Source of the DNA: an uncultured archaeon
GTDB lineage: Archaea; Asgardarchaeota; Thorarchaeia; Thorarchaeales; Thorarchaeaceae
Reading direction: 5' to 3'
Length of the DNA: 18,804 nt
Assembly: GCA_964458565.1 (NCBI GenBank)
Contig: CAYWJO010000058.1
Span: forward strand, 1 to 18,804
A model generated the notes under the pieces. The model saw nothing but the letters and a program-made list of their open reading frames with translations. It ran no database searches and was not told the origin of the DNA. The position numbers and the translations under genes were made by a program. Shown piece by piece: positions 8,001 through 16,500 of the stretch. The first letter of the stretch is position 1, and each line of letters begins with the position of its first letter.

Positions 8001-9770
8001 AATTGAATAAGCAAATGATACCGTGGAATTTGCAGAGAATTCTATTGGGATTGTGGATTTACTCCATGAAGAATAATTGAGTAATGCAAAACCAATTCCC
8101 GAGTCCGATTGAATATTAACATGTTCTGTTTCTAAAGTTCCTGCCGCAAGATTAACTGCCTCGTATGAAGGTGATTCAATGCCATCTAATGAAACATCAT
8201 CAATCAATACAGTAATGAACATACCATTGGTCGAATCTCCATCCAAATCACTATCAGTGTCCAGAATCTCAACATAACTTGATGAGTAATCTACATTCAG
8301 ACTGATTCTTGCTTCAAACAGGCTTGGCGTGTAGGACAAATTAACGGGAAGATATCCTGTGTCATACCAGGTCTGTCGTTGGGTGACATTTGTCAGATCT
8401 AACGTCCAATTCCATAGAGTTTCAGTCCCATCTAGAATTTCGAATTTCAGAGTAAATATCCCCTGAAAGTGATTGCCAATTGGTCCACTTTGATAGAGAT
8501 AGTTCATCTTGAACTCAAAATCTTTCTTTTGTTCTGTGTTGTTTATCACCTGATACCAGTATATTTCAGTGCCATTGAAATGTTGATATCGATCTGGATA
8601 TTCTCGCAAATATCCCTCGTTTTCAAGTGAAATATACCTACCATCTTCTTGAACGTAGGATGTCCGTTGCCTACCTGAGTCGGAAAGAAAATCTATTCGT
8701 GCTCTCCAACCGTCAGCGTAATATGTTCCATCATTAATCCAATCTTCATTAGTTCCGGGATTTCCATTTTCAAAAGTACCGTTTTGAACATAAAGCATCT
8801 TAAGAGTATCTAAACTAATCTCTAGTTGTTCTCCTTTCCACCCATTTGCACTTGTCCAAACATCCATGTTGAATGTGTATAAACCAGTTGGAATTAGACC
8901 TTCAACACCTGATGAATCAATAAGATTCTTTTCAAATTTATAGTAATTCTCTAGGCCATCCTCAGATCCAATAAGTGTCTGATTGAAATCACTTGCAATC
9001 TCTTTTAATCCTCTCTCTATGGAATAATATCTGAAATCATCAACACGACCATCAACTTGCTGATCAGATCTTGAGATTGAATTCATGATATTATTCTCTG
9101 TGTGTAGTCCCACTACCGAATCGACCCATGAATTCGTTGATGCATCTTCAGTGGGATTCGTTGTTTCATCGCCCCAATAGATTGAAAGAGAATTAGAAGT
9201 CTGATTCCATGCAATTGCAATAAAATACCAATGGTCCACTTCCCAGGTGTTCTTGGAACCGAACATAGTATTATCTGAACCCCAGTCCAAAACAAGCCTG
9301 CCACTATCCCATCGTGTTTCAAAATTTGCATGTTGTCCCCAAAATCTACCATGCGGTGCAGTTCCGTCCCATTTAATCCAACATGAGATAGTCCCTGCAG
9401 GTGATCCAAAATCACCTGAGCCTCCAACACCTACATAGAAATATCCTCCTGAACAATCTCCGGAGTATTGATTTCCAGGATCTCCTGATGGTAAATATGC
9501 TTCAGAAAAGGGACTTGAATAAACATCTGTACGGGCAATACCAGTATTGATCCAACTTGACGAGGTGCTAGCTAAGTGTTCTACTGTCACCGGATTCAAT
9601 GTTCCTGCTGATTCAGAGTCTGCTACATGATTATTTGTCTGATGAAGAAGGGGTTTCTCTGACCCATGATGCATACTATCCTCTAATAATGATTCCAGAG
9701 GGGGAGTAAAAGGAATCCCAAATAGTAAAATGACTACAATTAGTCCTATGACTATTTGTGGTCTTCTCAA
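5055..9770 (-). CDS. Giant type I membrane protein: signal peptide, LamG/ConA-like jelly-roll domain, multiple beta-sandwich/Ig-like domains, one TM helix, ~240-aa cytoplasmic domain (longin-like + helical/wHTH-like end)
   Basis: TTG start with GGAGG at 9782-9778. Basic + hydrophobic N-terminus. LamG motifs GTISCWIK, WYFIAIAWN, LSIYWG, DGRVDDFRYY, YYKFE (about 9440-8930). More than 25 NxS/T sequons before the TM helix (IFIIATFLSGVIGATALLIVVSIFTIG, about 5862-5780) and none after it. Confidence 0.85.
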   Translation of the reverse strand: MRRPQIVIGLIVVILLFGIPFTPPLESLLEDSMHHGSEKPLLHQTNNHVADSESAGTLNPVTVEHLASTSSSWINTGIARTDVYSSPFSEAYLPSGDPGNQYSGDCSGGYFYVGVGGSGDFGSPAGTISCWIKWDGTAPHGRFWGQHANFETRWDSGRLVLDWGSDNTMFGSKNTWEVDHWYFIAIAWNQTSNSLSIYWGDETTNPTEDASTNSWVDSVVGLHTENNIMNSISRSDQQVDGRVDDFRYYSIERGLKEIASDFNQTLIGSEDGLENYYKFEKNLIDSSGVEGLIPTGLYTFNMDVWTSANGWKGEQLEISLDTLKMLYVQNGTFENGNPGTNEDWINDGTYYADGWRARIDFLSDSGRQRTSYVQEDGRYISLENEGYLREYPDRYQHFNGTEIYWYQVINNTEQKKDFEFKMNYLYQSGPIGNHFQGIFTLKFEILDGTETLWNWTLDLTNVTQRQTWYDTGYLPVNLSYTPSLFEARISLNVDYSSSYVEILDTDSDLDGDSTNGMFITVLIDDVSLDGIESPSYEAVNLAAGTLETEHVNIQSDSGIGFALLNYSSWSKSTIPIEFSANSTVSFAYSIRVSKMLKMEKSSYTTSLKNIGVSYSVKIDDDVNLTLYTYIQSHPEAENLGFIVYHPYDWINASVFNTFGDDVTQQAYADVNFITLPMGAVDSVGWWQVDFICPNYIESITTQTYKHSSQNWDDTEIFMSDQRIRCNVTVLSNSPFTELQLHWFDPDNNLWLTDERNDDKSTSIISEGATIGPYNASIGLWSIHALWINGSEVAYGSGMFEVHHELYCFPQTPEIQVEHGNSYTIAVYLYDQDTAIPVLSDELDVRANWSGTVITLSPNLAKNWWEVDLNTSSIEVGIHELNVEVNAPYFEDTNCTIIVHVTALTIMTIIGNQYVELSPGNNCTIKVRYMFLDGDGIANANISILTWSGPQEGLSFSEATPVFGEIGNYTLEFTASIIGTYIITLTGTGEGLTTSAASFYLIVGPISTQLNNIGRGLPEIMYYNQTYSFSVFYHHNGNGIEGANINTTQSPSTLIQTDEFGDGIYNVSVRVTSTGSYTVYLRISKYGYEYADTSVRFDIGEISTSIKTYGMLDSYFEGREYEFALYYNSSINGGIVDAEFGYPLLYLEFILESESGNGWYNFTLQPIKGNWNITIWLFREGYQRQSLNFIMTVLKIPISQNSAYLLNQTYSRIAGSILSLAVAPIEADTQQPITEALVEYYLLDTTGDIDNILTHDFFNETNGIYSIEITVPEAGLYLLLIRITKENYEDFELGIVLNSQANPDIFIIATFLSGVIGATALLIVVSIFTIGRRYFVGVSARNNIELLSLRTRLEDAKNLMGVQVIHREMGLPIYSKIIRGGFEEAILSSFISAISHFRSEFSMDEPIGTVIPISEVITAVQTNHLICAMINVESPSDRQKGILKEFAKEISEHYDEQKEVLELSSFNADISDEFASELDPKFNQLFDRALMRKYVGVKRNMPQELKPVAESIASLHVDYGVTAEDIIKDLIRHGYSERKAYLVVLDAIDSKYLIQGPDALPRPSEYQEDTFR

Positions 9771-9777
9771 CCAGGCG

Positions 9778-9782
9778 CCTCC
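9778..9782 (-). promoter_or_regulatory. Ribosome-binding site for the TTG start of the 1571-aa gene
   Basis: GGAGG on the - strand, 7 nt upstream of the TTG at 9770. Confidence 0.65.
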
Positions 9783-10108
9783 GATTCTGCATCTCGAAAC
9801 AGACTATGTAATCTCGATTATTTAGAATGCAATGTTGATGTGAGTGAATGTAAACACCACGACGCAGCATCCTAATGATTTCTATACGTTTCAAAAGTAT
9901 TTCAGATAATCCTGTCTGAATACAGAGCCAAGAATTCCGTTTTGAACACAATCGATGAGATTGTTTGAAGATATTCTGATTGAGATTACTTTTGAATAAT
10001 CAGAACTAACCTTTCTATATACGATTTAATAGTAGATCATGATTCATCTAAAGTCCAGCTTAATTTGAAATCGTTGTGCTTAACTGTAAGTTATTGTGTA
10101 TTGTGATT

Positions 10109-10381
10109 ATGGACGATGACAAGAAAGAGGTATCTGAGAGAATTTTATCAAATTTGAAAAAGATACAAGAATCTAAAGGTGGTCGATGCGAGGGTTGTGG
10201 TTATGAGAGTAGAGATGCAGATTTCTTTGAATGTGAATTCTGTGGTGGACAACTATGCACTTACTGTGACAACATGACTGATGATTTTAAATTTATATGT
10301 CGTGAATGCATAAAATCAATGGATCTCACTGTGAATGATTTGCAATTCGAAGTTGATGGAGCGGGGCGATCTTTCTTCTAG
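10109..10381 (+). CDS. Small acidic 8-Cys double zinc-finger protein (FYVE/PHD-like spacing)
   Basis: ATG at 10109 preferred over GTG 10076 (GTGAT immediately upstream; the extension looks non-coding). Pattern CEGC-x11-CEFC-x4-CTYC-x10-CREC, preceded by a charged amphipathic helix. Confidence 0.8.
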   Translation: MDDDKKEVSERILSNLKKIQESKGGRCEGCGYESRDADFFECEFCGGQLCTYCDNMTDDFKFICRECIKSMDLTVNDLQFEVDGAGRSFF

Positions 10382-10437
10382 ATTCTACATGCATTGCTAT
10401 TCCTGTTTTACTGCCTAGAAACATCATTTTATCTAAT

Positions 10438-10932
10438 ATGGAGAGAACCTACTTGAACATGACACATGAATCACTATCCTCTATCAAAGTTCAGGGAATA
10501 CTTCTTGGTCATGAAATCGGAGAATGGGCGGGATTTAGAGCTGGAACTCTTAATCTTGAATTATTAACTGGTGAGCGCCTCACTCTGAGATTCGGTAAGG
10601 AATCAAAGGGTGTTATCCCTCCAATTTGCAGTAGCGTTGTGATAGAATATACACCAGGGATACTACCTGAGATTGTAACAATAGAGCTTGACACTGCAAA
10701 ATTTATTGATGTATACGAGAATTCAGGTCTTCATTACGAAACAACCTTGTTCTTCAATCGCCCGAAAGCATTGGTTGTAATTTCTTTGGTTGAGGTATTT
10801 GGAGGTATTAGCCTAGCTGTATTCGGTCTATTAATGGCTAGTGAGAAACCAATTGCTCCTTTCATTTTTGCAGCATTTGCTATTCCTCATATAATAATCG
10901 CTTTTCTTCTCTGGGACTATGCAGGCAGATGA
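10438..10932 (+). CDS. Hypothetical membrane protein: N-terminal OB-fold-like beta domain + two C-terminal TM helices
   Basis: Alternating beta-strand pattern (VQGILL..GTLNLELLTGERLTLRF..SVVIEYT..EIVTIE). Two hydrophobic helices at the C-terminus. The stop overlaps the next start (ATGA 10929-10932). Alternative start ATG 10459. Confidence 0.75.
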   Translation: MERTYLNMTHESLSSIKVQGILLGHEIGEWAGFRAGTLNLELLTGERLTLRFGKESKGVIPPICSSVVIEYTPGILPEIVTIELDTAKFIDVYENSGLHYETTLFFNRPKALVVISLVEVFGGISLAVFGLLMASEKPIAPFIFAAFAIPHIIIAFLLWDYAGR

Positions 10933-12014
10933 TCCAATCGCAACCGATACTCTTTCAAATTAGTAATCTGAGAGCGTTCATACCGAGTACTAAGGGTCCA
11001 ATGGCAATCATTAATGGTGTTTCTTTAGAGATTCAGGAGGGTGAGTGTTTTGGGTTGCTTGGAGAATCTGGTTCGGGAAAGACTTCTCTGATCAATGCAT
11101 CTCTTGGACTATTTCAGATAACACAGAGGTACTTAGATGCTAAAATTCGGTCTGAGTGGGCCTATCCATTTCAGTTAGAGTATATTGATAGGGTCATTTG
11201 GAATTCTACAGTTACTGGTAGTGTCAAGTACAGAGGTATTGAATTACTATCATTAACAGATTCAGAACGTGCAAGGTATCTCGGGAGTCATATATCGTAT
11301 ATACCTCAAGGACTACAAGGTGCATTAACTCCTGTATTTAGCATTGGTTACCAAACCGGTGAACCGTTGGAGATACATGATGCAGATAATCGAAGATTCC
11401 AAATGCGTGAAAGAGTACTAGAATTCCTGAACCTAGTTAGCCTTGCTGATGCTGATAGACGATTTGTTCTCGACCCTTCAAAATTCTCTGGAGGAGAAGC
11501 ACAAAGAATTCTAATTGCAATGTCACTCATTGCCGCTCCTTACCTTGTAATTGCTGATGAACCAACTTCCGCATTGGATGTTACTGTACAGTCGCAAATC
11601 ATCAGTCTGTTAGAGATGGTGAAAGAAGAATTCGACATAGGATTAATGTTGATATCACATGATGCCTCAGTGATTGCTGAATTGGCTGATCGTGTTGGTG
11701 TTCTCTATGCTGGAAGGATTGTTGAGGTTGGAGATTCTATTCAAATTTTTCACGAACCCAGTCATCCATATACTCAAGGGCTTATGAGTTGTTATCCTAC
11801 AATTGCTATGATGCAGATGGCTGCAGGTAAGAAACGACCAGTTCTACGAGGAATCCAAGGCTCGCCTCCGAGTCCAAGAGAGATTCCTCAGGGGTGTGCT
11901 TTTCATCCACGCTGTCCCTTTGTGAAGGATGAGTGCATTACATTGAAACCCAAACTACGAAAAATCAATACTAATCACTTAATCGCATGTCATCGCTACG
12001 AAGAGATTGTATAG
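10929..12014 (+). CDS. Oligopeptide/dipeptide-type ABC transporter ATP-binding protein (OppD/DppD-like)
   Basis: Walker A GESGSGKT, Q-loop YIPQ, signature FSGGEAQR, Walker B/D-loop VIADEPTSALD, H-switch ISHD, HPYTQGL. C-terminal GCAFHPRCP..C..P.L...H.IACH Cys cluster typical of OppD/DppD. Confidence 0.93.
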   Translation: MIQSQPILFQISNLRAFIPSTKGPMAIINGVSLEIQEGECFGLLGESGSGKTSLINASLGLFQITQRYLDAKIRSEWAYPFQLEYIDRVIWNSTVTGSVKYRGIELLSLTDSERARYLGSHISYIPQGLQGALTPVFSIGYQTGEPLEIHDADNRRFQMRERVLEFLNLVSLADADRRFVLDPSKFSGGEAQRILIAMSLIAAPYLVIADEPTSALDVTVQSQIISLLEMVKEEFDIGLMLISHDASVIAELADRVGVLYAGRIVEVGDSIQIFHEPSHPYTQGLMSCYPTIAMMQMAAGKKRPVLRGIQGSPPSPREIPQGCAFHPRCPFVKDECITLKPKLRKINTNHLIACHRYEEIV

Positions 12015-12079
12015 ATAGAAATAGGCGTTTCAATACTTTGAAACACCAACTTATACTAAATTCTAATCGATTATTAATT

Positions 12080-12445
12080 ATGACAAATCAGATAGAATCT
12101 AGAAATAGTGAGAAGTTGCGAGTATTTATCAAAAGTGAATCGAAAACCATACAAGCTGCAGATATGGATACTATAGGGCATCCCCTGTGTACACAGACAT
12201 GGTCTCCGACAGATAAGCTTGGTAAGGGTGAAATCATGCTTTCTCAGGAGCAGCAAATCCTGCTTGATGCAGTATATCGAGCTGCTGCTAAAACTAGGTT
12301 AGAAGTTGAGATTATCGATATCTCGAAATATGGGCTAATAAAACGACTGACTACCAAAGAAAAAATTCCTCGCATTGAATTTCGAGAGTATACCTTGGAA
12401 GGAATACCATGTTCAGATGAAATTGTCAAACTTGTGGAAGGATAG
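12080..12445 (+). CDS. Hypothetical protein, probable thioredoxin/glutaredoxin-like fold without CxxC
   Basis: ATG 12080 preferred; the 11987 start would overlap the ATPase. C-half pattern LEVEIIDIS...KIPRIEF...LEGIP.SDEIVKLV resembles the beta2 / cis-Pro-beta3-beta4 / helix of Trx-fold proteins. Confidence 0.6.
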   Translation: MTNQIESRNSEKLRVFIKSESKTIQAADMDTIGHPLCTQTWSPTDKLGKGEIMLSQEQQILLDAVYRAAAKTRLEVEIIDISKYGLIKRLTTKEKIPRIEFREYTLEGIPCSDEIVKLVEG

Positions 12446-12451
12446 AGTGGT

Positions 12452-13357
12452 TCAACCTCTAACATGTCTATCTAAGAGAATACTTCCGAGGGTTTTTCTG
12501 TTAGTAGCTCTGAAATGCAGCATTGTTGAGCAGCTCTGAATCCCTGGATAACTCAATATCTCTTGGCTTATCTCTTCCATCTCTGAAATCTCGTTAGTCG
12601 TCAGGAAGGAAAACATCGTATTATAAGATGGGTAATCTCTTGAACCCCAATATTCCATTAGGTATTTTCCATACATCCAATTAAGGAACTCATCTTTGAT
12701 TATTAGGTTTGGATTGTAGCTGATCTTACAAGTAAACGTGAGACCTCTGCCGCGATTAGGATTCCAGATGGGTAAATATCGTACTCGTTGATCTTTGTCA
12801 AATTGGTTAAGAATCATAGTTACTCGTTTTACTGTGAGTCCCGTTCTATCTGCTATTTCATGGGGTTGCATTCGTACATCATCGAGTAGTTGTTCAAGAA
12901 CTTTTAATTCATGATTAGAGAATTCAGGAAACTCAAGTTGTTGCTCAGAAGAGTATTGCAATTCATACCTCTCAATTCTTACAACTCCATTCACCTTTTC
13001 TATTGTCTTAGCAAGAGTTTCTAGTTGCTCTCTACTAATGTATTCTATAGCAATGTAGAAATCACCTGTAATTATTGGGTGTATTCGATATACTATCTCA
13101 TGCTTGAAGACTTTATCTGTGAAGATATCAATTGGGATAGATGAGTCGGTATAGACCATGAATGTTGCTAATCGAAGATTCAGAAGCGCTGGATTAGGGA
13201 AGAGCTCGAAACTCTCTATGAATCCGTCTTTTAAAAGCCTATCAACTCGCTTCTTGATGGAAGAGGGACCTAAGCCAATTTTCTTACTCATCTCACGGTA
13301 GCTCAAACGACAGTTTGTCATTAATTGCCCTATGATTTCCTTATCTTTCATATCCAA
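12452..13357 (-). CDS. Lrp/AsnC-type winged-helix transcriptional regulator with an internally duplicated (HTH + RAM-like) x2 architecture
   Basis: HTH1 DMKDKEIIGQLMTNCRLSYREMSKKIGLGPSSIKKRVDRLLKDGFI. HTH2 SNHELKVLEQLLDDVRMQPHEIADRTGLTVKRV. Each is followed by a beta-alpha ferredoxin-like segment ending in ..I..V.GV / ..IL..PGI. Confidence 0.88.
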   Translation of the reverse strand: MDMKDKEIIGQLMTNCRLSYREMSKKIGLGPSSIKKRVDRLLKDGFIESFELFPNPALLNLRLATFMVYTDSSIPIDIFTDKVFKHEIVYRIHPIITGDFYIAIEYISREQLETLAKTIEKVNGVVRIERYELQYSSEQQLEFPEFSNHELKVLEQLLDDVRMQPHEIADRTGLTVKRVTMILNQFDKDQRVRYLPIWNPNRGRGLTFTCKISYNPNLIIKDEFLNWMYGKYLMEYWGSRDYPSYNTMFSFLTTNEISEMEEISQEILSYPGIQSCSTMLHFRATNRKTLGSILLDRHVRG

Positions 13358-13383
13358 CTCAATCAGCTACTGTATATCCAAAC

Positions 13384-13396
13384 TGAGAAGTTCTCA
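13384..13396. promoter_or_regulatory. Candidate operator: perfect palindrome TGAGAA-G-TTCTCA
   Basis: 13-bp palindrome 27 nt upstream of the regulator start codon, between it and an AT-rich TATA-like stretch (TTATAGTTAAAC on the - strand, about 13415-13404). Confidence 0.45.
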
Positions 13397-13513
13397 CTTT
13401 CTTGTTTAACTATAATGATTAGGGTATCTCTTTAGGATTTTTATTACGATTATATGTATCAGACACGACGGTTTAGGGAACAATATCAGTTGATTATCGA
13501 TATCATGCAGGAA

Positions 13514-16500
13514 TCAATTTTTGCGTCTTCGATTTACATAGATGATTGTAATCACAACCAAGATAACAGATGGTATTGCTATCACTAGTATATCTGATAT
13601 TGAAGTGGGACTGCCAATAACAGTCACAACGACTGTGTCAGAAGACTGTTGCATGAATATATCAGTGAGTCGGAGTGTGACTGAATAATTCCCAATACTA
13701 TTACTAATGAATGAATAATGTATATCAGATCCATTCCACAGACCTGATTGCATAGAAGTGTCGTTTACCCTTATTTCATAATTCCAGGGAGCTATGTCAA
13801 ACCCAGTCCAGTTGATGATAATCTCCGTATTCAACTGTAAAGTAAAATCATCTGGTCCTACAATAAATGGAGGGTCAGCAATTCTTGTTGGGATATTATA
13901 GTAATTGGCAATAATTGCATCGAGCTCTATGAAGTTCCCCTCAAAATAATCAATGCGAACATATCTGACAGTGTCCAAAAACATACCTTCCAGATCAATA
14001 CTCGCATTACCATTAAAAATACCAAGCTGGTGCAAAGGCACGTTAAGTGCATTCGCCACTCTTACAGCATAAGAACCACCTGCAGCGATAACCTGAAAGT
14101 CATTACCCGCCCCATTAATTATCTCCTCCCCTTCACCCATATCTAGTGTTACATATCCATTACCATACTCTGTGAATATCGTAGTAGTATTCCCATCTGG
14201 CGAACCAATAGCATTCTCACCATCTGAATACCAGATTGATCTTGAGGATATCAGCTCATCCGCATAAGGATCACCCATGTCAAGAACAATATTGATGATT
14301 GTGACTGCAATGTCTGTATTTTCTTCGACATCGTTCACAAACAAGGTCAGATTATATTCTCCAGGAGCCCACTCCGGAGTTATCCATTCATCCACAGCGA
14401 TTGAAATGATTACAGCAGATACTATACCTTCAGCGAATAGATTATCGTTCTTCCAGATTTCCCATTCACTTGCTCCATGTACCTCCCATTCAAATACAGT
14501 GTTTTCAGTTCCCCACTCAATAATAGTGGGTGTAGGAGTAGCGGCGATAATTGGAATATCTGGCGGCAGGACCGTAATTAGAATAGTCTTGGTTGAGTAC
14601 ATGTCCACCCGGTCATATGCTAAAAATGTGACATTGTGGACACCCTCTAGTAATATAGGTAGGTCCCAAAGCACTGTCTCATTTTGATTGATCCAAATTT
14701 CCGTCGATGCTTGGGTTCCATCTATAAGAATCTCCCAGAATCGAGGACTACGGTCAAAAATATTCCATCTAAGAGTAATTGATTGATTCCAGATGAGTTG
14801 TGTGTCTGTAAAGGCCGTGCTGATGATTGGAGGAACAGCAGGATATACAGTAGCCCAAAAGAAATCACCATATAGAATTTCTGAATTGTTTAGTAGAATA
14901 AATGTCACATTGTAAACTCCAAGCGATAACAAATTCAGATCAAGATTGATATCATCACCACTCCAGAGTCCCGATTGGGTTACACTACCGTTTAGAGTGA
15001 GTGTGAAAGACAGCGGTGCTACTGTGAGTCCGGACCAGATGATAGTAGAATTGGGTTGTCCTTTCTCAATTGACATGGGTCCACTATACTCTATATGAAA
15101 TGGACCAACCTCGACCATTACTGTATCAGATATCGATTGTCCAAAATCGTTAGATATCAGCAAGGTGGCATTGTGGAATCCGTCTGCTAAGCTACCAATA
15201 TTGAAGGTGAGGTTTGTCGGTCGCCAGTATTTCTCAAAATCAAATGCACCAGAATCCATCATCACATCATCAATATACATTTGATAACTGCCTGGAAGAT
15301 ACTGTTTTGTTCTGTAATTGTACCAGCCCTCCCATGGAATCACAACTTCAGTACCAGACAATGCAAACATGTCTTTTGGAGAGTTAATAGTTGGGGTCAT
15401 TGTAAAACGTTCTGAGCGATAGGTTCCATATGTGCCATCTGAAGCTTGAAGGAAATCCAACTTCCAGACAACATTGCCATATGTGTCCACTTCAATGATT
15501 CCAGCTGTTATACCTACAGATGTAGTATGACCATAGCCAAAAGTACCAAGTCTATCACCATTTGGAAGCCGGTCTGCATCACCCCAACCTGGTGAGTAGT
15601 ATTCCGGGGGAGCAGTCCAAGACCAGCTTTCATATGCTGTCATAGTATCCTCATCGATTGTAATCTCAAGAATTCTCGAGTTATGCGAATCGGCATCCTC
15701 TTGATTGTGTAGGTCATTATCAAAGATGATGAAGGTATTTTCATCAACCCTCTCAACTGAATGTGCATGATAGAAGAGACTCTCCTTCTGAAGACCATTC
15801 TTATCAAAAAGCGTGAAATTACCATGCTCTCCGAGACCCCAGAGGATCTCACCAGAGGAATGATCGATTTTAAAGAATGTATTCGTGTTCCGACTATTGT
15901 AATATATTATGTCATCATCGACGTCAAAGAATATTGAATTTGAGTGAGTGACATCTGGTTGACCGAGCTCAATATCATAAAATGGACACCACCACTCAGG
16001 AGGAATAAAAGTGCTGGTGTTTAGCGACCAGATTACGTGCCCGTCACTGTCTCCTTCATATATTATATCATAGAGGTATGGTATATCATTAAAATATTCA
16101 AGAGTTCTATTGAAAGTAAACACTGTGTTTGCAAGAGGATTATATTCATACTCATGGTGACCTTTGAAAGCAATCTGTTCGAATGAATCATTGGCTAGGT
16201 TCCAAAAAGCTGGTCCAACATCAGTGCCAACTAGAATAGTGTTAGGATTGATGAATTTAGCCATTGAATCATATGTAAAGAGTTCTCCAATCCATCGTTC
16301 TTTAATGATATTGCCATCCATATCTGTGATGATGAGAGTGTTATTGTGGATATCAGATTTTTTACCAAGAACGAAGAGGTTGTAACCTTCGAACTCATTA
16401 CCAGTCCGAGTTACTGAAAAATATGAATCGTTAGTGTCTGCAATTTTCGCATTTTCATTTATTGGTAATGGATTCGGGGAAGTAGGTATCTTCTTAATAT

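Noticed and set aside
5680-9951. Small ORFs within or overlapping the 1571-aa gene, including 9676-9951
   Set aside because: Shadow ORFs with no recognisable features. 9676-9951 overlaps the RBS-supported start in another frame.
9771-10108. CRISPR array or tRNA in the long intergenic regions (also 13358-13513 and 17488-17787)
   Set aside because: No regularly spaced direct repeats. No cloverleaf with a GTTCRA T-loop was found by eye.
10509-12465. Minus-strand ORFs 10509, 11348, 12074, 12244
   Set aside because: Antisense to supported genes, short, and without motifs.
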